From Candidatus Hermodarchaeota archaeon (lineage in GTDB: Archaea; Asgardarchaeota; Heimdallarchaeia; Hodarchaeales; Hodarchaeaceae), in contig JBHLKY010000038.1 in the NCBI GenBank assembly GCA_048886185.1, positions 1-13,472 on the forward strand: DNA of 13,472 nt. Reading direction: 5' to 3'. Below, piece after piece: positions 1 through 7,145 of the stretch. The notes beneath the pieces were generated by a model. The model was given only the letters and a program-made list of their open reading frames with translations, had not been told where the DNA came from and searched no databases. The stretch's first letter is position 1, and every line of letters begins with the position of its first letter. A program made the translations under genes and the position numbers.

Positions 1-29
1 TAAAATACTAAAGTCTGTAAAACCGCCCT

Positions 30-44
30 ATTAATTCAATTAAT
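30..44. promoter_or_regulatory. 7-1-7 inverted repeat ATTAATT-C-AATTAAT, candidate repressor operator upstream of the P-type ATPase
   Basis: Perfect 7-bp arms at 30-36 and 38-44, ending 5 nt before the RBS and 14 nt before the ATG. The arms are AT-only, so chance occurrence is possible. Confidence 0.35.
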
Positions 45-49
45 TATCT

Positions 50-55
50 GGTGAT
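50..55 (+). promoter_or_regulatory. Archaeal-type ribosome binding site GGTGAT
   Basis: GGTGAT lies 3 nt before ATG 59 and is complementary to the 16S 3' end AUCACCUCC. Confidence 0.55.
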
Positions 56-58
56 CAG

Positions 59-3028
59 ATGACCGATGTTGCAAGGTATTCAAATAATGGTTTAGGTCTA
101 GATGAGGTTTTTGAGCGCCAACAGCAATTTGGGAAAAATATTCTTCCTAGAAGAAAAAAACGAGCCCCTCTATCTATTTTTTTTGCCCAATTTAAAAATC
201 CCTTAATTTACATCATTACCATCGCTGCACTAATCTCGTTCATTCTAGAACAATATGAAGATACTTTGATCATTGGAGCAGTGATTCTTCTAGATACTGT
301 AATTGGTTTTTTTCAGGAAAATAAAGCTGAAAATACCATGGAAACATTACGAAATCTTTTGAAGCCTACAAATAGGGTTATTCGGGGTGGTAAAATTGAG
401 GAGGTTGAAACTATTGAGATCGTACCTGATGATCTTGTCGTTCTTCATCCTGGTGACAAAATTCCTGCTGATGGAACTGTTATTGAAACAGTAAATTTAT
501 CATTGAATGAGGCAATACTTACAGGTGAGAGTGAACCAATTTTTAAGAATCTAACAGACACAAACCGTGTTTTTATGGGTACTACGGTTATAGCAGGGAG
601 AGGAATTATGAGAGTTACTCAAACTGGAGTAAGAACTGAGCTGGGAAAAATAGCTCACTCTCTCTCTGAAATTGAGGACGAAAAAACCCCACTCCAGATG
701 AAACTAGAGGTATTTGGTAAAACACTTACTATGTTTGTACTTGCTATTAGTATTGCTATCTTTTTCACTGGAGTTCTTTTGAGTTATGATGTATTAGAAA
801 TGATCAGAATGGCAGTGGTTCTCGCCATCGCAGCGATCCCTGAAGGACTTATTATCGCTGTTACTATGATTCTGGCAATTGGAATGCGAAAAACACTCCA
901 ACGAAATGGTTTGGTGAAAAAACTTCTTACTGTTGAAACTCTTGGTTCTGTTACAACAATTTGCACTGATAAAACAGGTACACTTACTGAAGGGAATATG
1001 CAGGTTGTGAGAACTGATTTTAATGATGAAAAGATGGCCTATAACATAATGGTGCTATGTAACAATCAAGAGGATTCTCTTGAAATCCAACTCTGGGATT
1101 ATGTAAAGAACATGGGTTTAGATCCTGAAGAACTTACCAGATCCCATGCTAGGGTTTTTGAAATTCCCTTTTCTAGCGAAAACAAATATATGGTAACAAC
1201 AAATATAATTGACGGTAAAGAGATCAATTTAATGAAAGGTGCGCCAGATATTGTTATGAATATCTGTCAGCTTGAATCAAATGAAAAAAAGGAAATTTTG
1301 ACCCAAATAGATGAATGGTCAAGTTCGGGTTTGAAATTAATAGGTTTGGCTGCTAAAACTGAAGGTGAACTTAAACAATTAAATAATTACACTTGGAAAG
1401 GTTTGATTGGTATAGAGGATCCAATAAGGAAATCAGTAATTGAAGCTATTGCGTTATGTCGTCGGGCCGGTATTAAGGTAAAGATAATCACAGGAGATTA
1501 CCGGAATACCGCGATTAATATCGCTGCGAAATTAGGTTTATTCGTTGGCTCCGATCAGATTCTAGAGGGAATGGATCTAGAGAAATTCTCTGATGACAAA
1601 CTGGATGAGATTGTTGACCAAGTAGTTATTTTCTGCCGTGTTTCCCCTTTTGATAAGTTAAGAATTATTTCTTCTCTTCAACGTCGTGGTGAGATTACTG
1701 CAATGATTGGTGATGGTGTTAATGATGCACCTGCTCTTCGTAAAGCTAATATTGGTGTATCAGTTGGTGGTGCTACTGATGTTGCTCAGGAAACAGCCTC
1801 TCTTATATTATTAGATCATAACTTTAAGACATTAGTCGATGCTGTGGAGGAAGGACGAACTGTTTTCGATAATATCAAGAAGGTTGTTACATATGTTTTA
1901 TCAAATTCTTTTGCTGAAATACTCACCATCTTTGGAGCTTTTGTACTAGGATGGTCATCGCCATTGAATATTGCTCAAATCCTTTGGATCCATTTAATCT
2001 GTGATGGGCCATCCGATATAGCTCTTGGGTTTGAAAAAGCAGAAACAGGAATCATGGATGAACCTCCACGTAAAATAGAAGAAAATATTTTAGATTCTAA
2101 AGGGAAGTTCTTAATCGCTTCTATTAGTTCTTTTTCAGCCATCTTCTGCCTTCTAATTTTTGGGTATTTTCTTTCTATGGGAAATCCACGAATGGGCAGT
2201 ACTTTTGTCTTTGTTATCCTTGCGATTCAATCTTTGACTTATATCTTCTCGTTTAGAAGCTTAAGGCGATCTGTTTTTAAATCAGGTAACTTTTTAGAAA
2301 ATAAAGTACTGTTATTCTCAGTTATTCTGGGTATTTTTCAAATAATCCTAGGCTTGTATATTCCATTTTTTAGTGACCTGTTACAAGTTGAACCTCTACC
2401 TTTCTGGGGATGGGGAGTAATCCTCATTATTTCAATGATTATGATTATTACTGTAGAATTGGTTAAATTTATTGATAGAAAGGATCGCAAAACACCAGCT
2501 TACGAGTTAGTTTTCTCAAAAATCCATCAAATAGAACAGAAACTTTCCACAGTTCACAATCTCCATAATTTATCAGTTGATATCATGGAAGATAAAACCA
2601 TAATACAATTTCACTTTAAAATTCCAGCTGAAACGAGTTTAGAGGTAGCTCATGCAGTATCCAAAAGTCTAGAGGAGCAGATTGCAGAACAATTCCCCAA
2701 TTCGTTGAGAAATCGACTGGAAATCATTAGTCACATCGAACCTGAATATCTTCCAGCGAAGAAAGTACATCATCATCCTCAACCATCGATTACAGCGGAA
2801 ATTCGAGAGAAAATCCAATATGCAGCCAATAAGATTCCCCAAATCAAGAAATGGAGTTATAAAACAATTTTATTTGAGAAAGATATCATCTCATTATCTT
2901 TGACCATCTACTTATCAGGCACAATGAATATTGTATCTGTTCATAACATTAATAACGAACTAGAATCAATGTTAAAGACAAATATTCCAACTCTTAAACG
3001 ATGTATAATACATTCAGAACCTGTTTGA
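59..3028 (+). CDS. Type II (P2A-like) cation-transporting P-type ATPase with C-terminal tandem CDF-type (ZT_dimer-like) domains, 989 aa
   Basis: TGES (521), M4 AAIPEGL (E262), phosphorylation motif DKTGTLT (D304, nt 968), KGAP (K393), TGD (T478), GDGVNDAPAL and ~10 hydrophobic segments. About 180 aa of soluble sequence follow the last TM. Confidence 0.95.
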   Translation: MTDVARYSNNGLGLDEVFERQQQFGKNILPRRKKRAPLSIFFAQFKNPLIYIITIAALISFILEQYEDTLIIGAVILLDTVIGFFQENKAENTMETLRNLLKPTNRVIRGGKIEEVETIEIVPDDLVVLHPGDKIPADGTVIETVNLSLNEAILTGESEPIFKNLTDTNRVFMGTTVIAGRGIMRVTQTGVRTELGKIAHSLSEIEDEKTPLQMKLEVFGKTLTMFVLAISIAIFFTGVLLSYDVLEMIRMAVVLAIAAIPEGLIIAVTMILAIGMRKTLQRNGLVKKLLTVETLGSVTTICTDKTGTLTEGNMQVVRTDFNDEKMAYNIMVLCNNQEDSLEIQLWDYVKNMGLDPEELTRSHARVFEIPFSSENKYMVTTNIIDGKEINLMKGAPDIVMNICQLESNEKKEILTQIDEWSSSGLKLIGLAAKTEGELKQLNNYTWKGLIGIEDPIRKSVIEAIALCRRAGIKVKIITGDYRNTAINIAAKLGLFVGSDQILEGMDLEKFSDDKLDEIVDQVVIFCRVSPFDKLRIISSLQRRGEITAMIGDGVNDAPALRKANIGVSVGGATDVAQETASLILLDHNFKTLVDAVEEGRTVFDNIKKVVTYVLSNSFAEILTIFGAFVLGWSSPLNIAQILWIHLICDGPSDIALGFEKAETGIMDEPPRKIEENILDSKGKFLIASISSFSAIFCLLIFGYFLSMGNPRMGSTFVFVILAIQSLTYIFSFRSLRRSVFKSGNFLENKVLLFSVILGIFQIILGLYIPFFSDLLQVEPLPFWGWGVILIISMIMIITVELVKFIDRKDRKTPAYELVFSKIHQIEQKLSTVHNLHNLSVDIMEDKTIIQFHFKIPAETSLEVAHAVSKSLEEQIAEQFPNSLRNRLEIISHIEPEYLPAKKVHHHPQPSITAEIREKIQYAANKIPQIKKWSYKTILFEKDIISLSLTIYLSGTMNIVSVHNINNELESMLKTNIPTLKRCIIHSEPV
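2510..3025 (+). other. Two tandem cation-diffusion-facilitator C-terminal (YiiP/FieF-like) domains within the ATPase
   Basis: Domain 1 (LHNL...IQFHF...VAHAV...ISHIEP) aligns by eye with E. coli YiiP (AHDL...IQIHL...QAHMV...IIHQDP). Domain 2 ends SVHNI...IIHSEP. The linker contains HHH. Confidence 0.8.
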
Positions 3029-3164
3029 TCATTTTTCAAACCTTTTAAAAAATCCCCGATTACGTCTTCAATGAATCATTACTCTGCGAAGAATAAACCA
3101 AAATTGATGAAAACATTTAAAAAATTGGTAGACAATCCTAAAATCGAACAGAAGTATTTTTACT

Positions 3165-3899
3165 TTATTTTAGAGAGAGATGAAACTCATCATTTTGGCT
3201 GTTGATAGATACATTTTCAAGAATTACCGAGAGAGTCACTACTACTAAATATGATCCAACAAAGATAAGAACTAGAGAACTCACACTAAGAAAGCTAAAG
3301 ATCAAAATATCTGCATTATTCTTGTTGATAATTTTAATTGCAGCAATAAAGGCAATAATCATAGTAACCCATCCTAGAATAAATAAACAAATTTGAGCGG
3401 TCATCAAAAGAATAATATTTCCATTAAATTTGGTTATTATTATTTTCTTGCCATATACATTCGGAATATCTAAGGATAAAATGTATATAAAGCACGTTGG
3501 AAGTAGAATGACGAAAATTGAGAAACTAAATATAGGGAACAGTAACTCTTTCTCAGTAAATTCTAATAACGTCCCTAGGATTATCCATGAAAAACTGCAG
3601 AATATAATTCCCAATAGGCTCCCATAATAGATCCCATTTTGTCTTATTTGTGATGTGGATAAATTACTTTTTAGAAGGGTCATTCTCTGTACCCCTTTTT
3701 TGATAATAAATATGTTAAATGTAAGAAAAATAACGAAAGTACTGAGCGTGAAAATATATTTTTCAGTGAGTGAGACTAATGATGAGAATATAAAACGATA
3801 GAGAAAATTGAATATAAAAAATGAGACTAATACAATTATACAATGTATTACCACTTTGGGGTTGCTTGGAATCATAATACTATCTTTATTTTGTACCAA
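3165..3899 (-). CDS. Hypothetical integral membrane protein (~6 TM), 244 aa
   Basis: Open 244-codon frame with about six hydrophobic segments. TTG start has AGGTG 8 nt upstream. No family motif recognised. Confidence 0.75.
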   Translation of the reverse strand: MVQNKDSIMIPSNPKVVIHCIIVLVSFFIFNFLYRFIFSSLVSLTEKYIFTLSTFVIFLTFNIFIIKKGVQRMTLLKSNLSTSQIRQNGIYYGSLLGIIFCSFSWIILGTLLEFTEKELLFPIFSFSIFVILLPTCFIYILSLDIPNVYGKKIIITKFNGNIILLMTAQICLFILGWVTMIIAFIAAIKIINKNNADILIFSFLSVSSLVLIFVGSYLVVVTLSVILENVSINSQNDEFHLSLK

Positions 3900-3907
3900 A
3901 TAACTTA

Positions 3908-3912
3908 CACCT
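3908..3912 (-). promoter_or_regulatory. RBS AGGTG for the 3899 TTG start
   Basis: Plus strand cacct at 3908-3912 reads AGGTG on the minus strand, with an 8-nt spacer to TTG. Confidence 0.55.
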
Positions 3913-3972
3913 ACTTTGCAGTATATCTACAAAGATTAATGGGTGGATTATTTTTTCTTTTTGCTTTTAATG

Positions 3973-3987
3973 TTATAAAAACTTTGG
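3973..3987 (-). promoter_or_regulatory. Candidate BRE/TATA promoter (ccaaagTTTTTATAA) for the 3899 gene
   Basis: A purine-rich element followed by TTTATAA about 75 nt upstream of the start. Pattern match only. Confidence 0.3.
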
Positions 3988-4177
3988 TCTTCCCGCATCA
4001 CCTCAACGAAAAATCACCTGTGGCAATATTTTATCGTGTACACATGTTTTTCAATCCCTCCATGAATCCTGGACACACGATTGTACATACCAAAACTTTA
4101 ATTATTCTCAACTTTTTTTCTTCTTATATTATTCTTATTTTTCGGTTGGACTCCTCTTGCTGAATCATCCTCTCGCT

Positions 4178-5782
4178 ATGCGAAGTCTCATTCCTTCATT
4201 CCTGTGTATATTTTCACTCATTCTTATCATCATTCTTTCTGGTTGCATTCAACCTTTGGATCAGGAACAGATCCAGGAAAACATTCCTCCTACCGCTCCT
4301 GAGGTTCTTATCGAACCAGATCCCGCGTTCAGTAATAGTTCCCTCACATGTATTATCATTGTACCTAGTTATGATGCAGATAACGACACTGTCTCATACA
4401 ATTATGAATGGTTTCTGAATGGAAACTCCACGGGTTTAACAGGCGTCTTTGTATTATCGACTTTGACTTCAGTCGGAGATGTATGGGTATGTGTGGTTAC
4501 TCCCTACGACGGGACTGATTACGGTCCTCCTGGGAATGATTCTATAGTGATTTCACAAGTTGAAAGCCCTAGAAACACCCCTCCCTTGGCACCTACTGTT
4601 CTCATTGAACCTGATCCTGCGTACAGTGATGACACTCTTAGCTGTACAATTCTCGTTTCGAGCTATGATGCAGATAATGACACAGTTACTTATTTTTATG
4701 AGTGGTTTCGGAATGGGAGTACAACTGGTTTGATAGGGGAGACTGTTTCTCCTACTCAGACTTCCGTCGGAGATGTATGGGCATGTGTGGTCACCCCCTA
4801 TGATGGAACTGATTACGGTCCTCCTGGAAATGATACCATTGTGATTTCACAAGCTGAAGGCCCTAAAAATACCCCTCCCTCGGCACCTATTGTCCTCATT
4901 GAACCTGATCCCGCATATAGTAATGACACTCTTAGCTGTACAATCCTTGTTTCAAGCTATGATATAGATAATGATCCAATCACTTACTCCTATGAGTGGT
5001 TTCGGAATGGGAGTGCGACTGGTTTGACAGGGGAGACTGTTTCTCCTACTCAGACTTCCGTCGGAGATGTATGGGCATGTGTGGTCACCCCCTATGATGG
5101 AACTGATTACGGTCCTCCTGGAAATGATACTATTGTGATTTCACAAGCTGAAGGACCTGAAAACACCCCTCCCTCGGCACCTAGTGTCCTCATTGAACCT
5201 GATCCTGCATATAGTAATGACACTCTTAGCTGTACAATTCTCGTTTCGAGCTATGATGCAGATAATGACACAGTTACTTATTTTTATGAGTGGTTTCGGA
5301 ATGGAATTACTACTGGGTTAACAGGCGCCTCTGTACCATCAAATCAGACTTTGATTGGAGATGAATGGACATGTGTGGTCACTCCATATGATGGGCTTGA
5401 TTTTGGGCTTTCTGGAAGTGATAGCATTACAATTAAGGTCATTGTTTCGGGTACTTATAATCTCAATCCATCTATTTCTTTTATCTGTGCTTTTGGCTTG
5501 CTTGACTTACAATATACGCAGTTTATCTTTGTAGACTATGGTTCAACACTGGAAATCTGGCCAGCTATGAATGGTGAGGGGTATATGACGGGTTCTTCAG
5601 CATCAGAAGGCACTATAGATGTTAGTTTTTATTCGCCTGGATCCTGTTCTTATCTCTTCACCTTACAGGGGACTTTTATCGATAATGACACTTGGGAGGC
5701 GACATTTACAGTAGAATTTTCTGGTAGCACGTGTTTTGACTGTACTTCTCAATCGTGGCAAATCACAGGAACTAGAGTTTGA
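4178..5782 (+). CDS. Putative lipoprotein/surface adhesin with four Ig/cadherin-like repeats and a Cys-containing C-terminal beta domain (534 aa from ATG 4178; ORF track starts at TTG 4157)
   Basis: Signal peptide MRSLIPSFLCIFSLILIIILSG|C with lipobox LSGC (Cys at 4244-4246). Four 98-aa repeats, 14 N-x-S/T sequons and a ~115-aa C-terminal domain with 4 Cys. Confidence 0.85.
   Translation: MRSLIPSFLCIFSLILIIILSGCIQPLDQEQIQENIPPTAPEVLIEPDPAFSNSSLTCIIIVPSYDADNDTVSYNYEWFLNGNSTGLTGVFVLSTLTSVGDVWVCVVTPYDGTDYGPPGNDSIVISQVESPRNTPPLAPTVLIEPDPAYSDDTLSCTILVSSYDADNDTVTYFYEWFRNGSTTGLIGETVSPTQTSVGDVWACVVTPYDGTDYGPPGNDTIVISQAEGPKNTPPSAPIVLIEPDPAYSNDTLSCTILVSSYDIDNDPITYSYEWFRNGSATGLTGETVSPTQTSVGDVWACVVTPYDGTDYGPPGNDTIVISQAEGPENTPPSAPSVLIEPDPAYSNDTLSCTILVSSYDADNDTVTYFYEWFRNGITTGLTGASVPSNQTLIGDEWTCVVTPYDGLDFGLSGSDSITIKVIVSGTYNLNPSISFICAFGLLDLQYTQFIFVDYGSTLEIWPAMNGEGYMTGSSASEGTIDVSFYSPGSCSYLFTLQGTFIDNDTWEATFTVEFSGSTCFDCTSQSWQITGTRV
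4280..5434 (+). repeat. Intragenic tandem repeat, 4 units with a 294-nt period (starts 4280, 4574, 4868, 5162)
   Basis: Each unit reads N(T/I)PP-x-AP...L(S/T)C...YDxDND...YEWFxNG...WxCVVTPYDG. Identical nucleotide blocks: 4735-4836 = 5029-5130 (102 nt) and 4629-4716 = 5217-5304 (88 nt). Confidence 0.97.
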
Positions 5783-5869
5783 AGGAACCTAATCTAAATC
5801 ATATTGCTAGTAAACCCTTTTCTTTCTAGATAAGTGGGAGGAGAAAGATATTTGGGATTATTATAAAAG

Positions 5870-6790
5870 GTGGATGATAATTGTTTACTGAGAATTTTAT
5901 TACGAACAAAGTTGTTTCTAATGCAGGGTTTGACTTTTCAAGAGGAGTTTAATCTATTACAAGAAAAAAAATTCCTTTTACCTAATGATAAAATAAGTGA
6001 TATTAAATATGATCTATATGAACATAATATTTGGGCTGAAATATTTTGGCGGAGACGGAATATTCATGCCCAGAGAGAGGATCCAGAACTATCTTTCGTT
6101 TTTCAGCACAATCCCTCTACTCTACTAGAAATTGGAGCTGCTTATGGCAGGGTCTTAAGGAAGCTCATGGAATGGGAGGGAGTCAATACTCGTTCGATGA
6201 TGTTTAAAGGAATTGAAATATGTAAATATTTTAAACCATATTTTCAGCGTTACCAACTTGAATATCCCTCGTTACGAAAAGCTGAATTGATTTATGATAA
6301 TTTTCTTACCACATCTGGTTTAAAAGAGACTTCTTTTGATATCATTCTATTACCTATGAATACTTTGCCGAGCTTTTCTTATAACAGCTTAGAAACTCTT
6401 TTTACTTGCGTAAAAAAATATTTATCTAAAGATGGGATGTTTTTACTCTCTAATTACAAAATTCCAAACCAAACTCGATTGCGTGAGTTAATGAGTAGGA
6501 GCCAAGGCTATTCTGGTGAATTAGATTTAGAATTAGGATCAGGATTTATCGCATCAGAACACTATGACTTACCAGCAATTCAAACAGACTATGGCGCATA
6601 TATAGTTACTTATGTATGCTTTAATACTTTTTCTCGTAATTATGTTCTTGAAAAGAGAGAACTTATTCGATATACTCTAGAGTTTATTTTAAAACAAAAG
6701 CTTCAGAAAATAATTGAAGCTTGTGGTTTTTCGATCGAGATTTTCGATGATTCAAGCCATTCGTTTGTATATGGATTGGTTAAAACTTAA
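5870..6790 (+). CDS. Class I SAM-dependent methyltransferase, substrate unknown (start may be ATG 5921)
   Basis: Motif I LLEIGAAYGRV, acidic post-I residue (KGIEI), LIYDNF, FDIILL and LSKDGMFLL motifs, and a C-terminal IEACGFSI typical of the fold. Confidence 0.85.
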   Translation: MDDNCLLRILLRTKLFLMQGLTFQEEFNLLQEKKFLLPNDKISDIKYDLYEHNIWAEIFWRRRNIHAQREDPELSFVFQHNPSTLLEIGAAYGRVLRKLMEWEGVNTRSMMFKGIEICKYFKPYFQRYQLEYPSLRKAELIYDNFLTTSGLKETSFDIILLPMNTLPSFSYNSLETLFTCVKKYLSKDGMFLLSNYKIPNQTRLRELMSRSQGYSGELDLELGSGFIASEHYDLPAIQTDYGAYIVTYVCFNTFSRNYVLEKRELIRYTLEFILKQKLQKIIEACGFSIEIFDDSSHSFVYGLVKT

Positions 6791-7145
6791 TAATTTTATT
6801 CTACACATTACGAAATGACCAAACAGCCAAACCAAGAACAGAAAAAACAGGGATTCTTGTTGTTATGGTATTTCTTCTTCACCAATATATTCGCTACCAG
6901 TTCCATAGATCCAATAGTAGTTTTGAGTGGGAAGTCTTATTACATTAGAAAAATGATCAAACTTAGTTTTTGAAAATTGTCAATTGATTGTTAGTAAAAA
7001 CTGACACATTTTTAGATAATACTTTATCAAATAATCATGATTAGAACCAGATGTTTTTTGTGCAATCATATCCATATGCAATAAAAAGCCTTATTAGGAA
7101 TGAAAATGGTATTTCTCATTGTCATCATTTCGATGGAGAAAAATT

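Noticed and set aside
784-966. 60-aa minus-strand ORF
   Set aside because: Antisense to the conserved M4/phosphorylation region of the ATPase, with no motif or RBS.
59-3028. Classification as a P1B heavy-metal ATPase (ZntA/CopA type)
   Set aside because: It has PEGL rather than CPC/CPH/SPC in the ion-binding helix, no HMA domain, and six TMs after the P-domain, which is a type II topology.
3202-3627. Plus-strand ORFs 3202-3396 and 3430-3627
   Set aside because: Short antisense shadows of the 244-aa membrane gene, which has the RBS support.
3843-4163. 106-aa plus-strand ORF
   Set aside because: Overlaps the start of the minus-strand gene and spans the divergent promoter region. Composition is Phe/Ile/Tyr-rich like AT-rich non-coding DNA, and no RBS is present.
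4280-5434. Repeats as a DGR template/variable pair or a CRISPR-like array
   Set aside because: Differences between units are not adenine-specific (e.g. ctc/ctt, ttt/tcc, gac/gat), no reverse transcriptase is in the window, and the units are in-frame 294-nt domains without spacers.
5836-5843. Strong SD-like GGGAGGAG upstream of the methyltransferase
   Set aside because: It is 26 nt from GTG 5870. The only nearby start (TTG 5852) is out of frame and stops after four codons.
6808-6906. 32-aa Cys-containing minus-strand peptide MELVANILVKKKYHNNKNPCFFCSWFGCLVIS as a RiPP precursor for the adjacent methyltransferase
   Set aside because: No RBS, convergent rather than co-transcribed, no leader motif and no RiPP maturase in the window.
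6863-6979. Minus-strand fragment QFSKTKFDHFSNVIRLPTQNYYWIYGTGSEYIGEEEIP* as a pseudogene
   Set aside because: Only 38 codons, with no start and no recognisable family. It cannot be distinguished from chance without a search.
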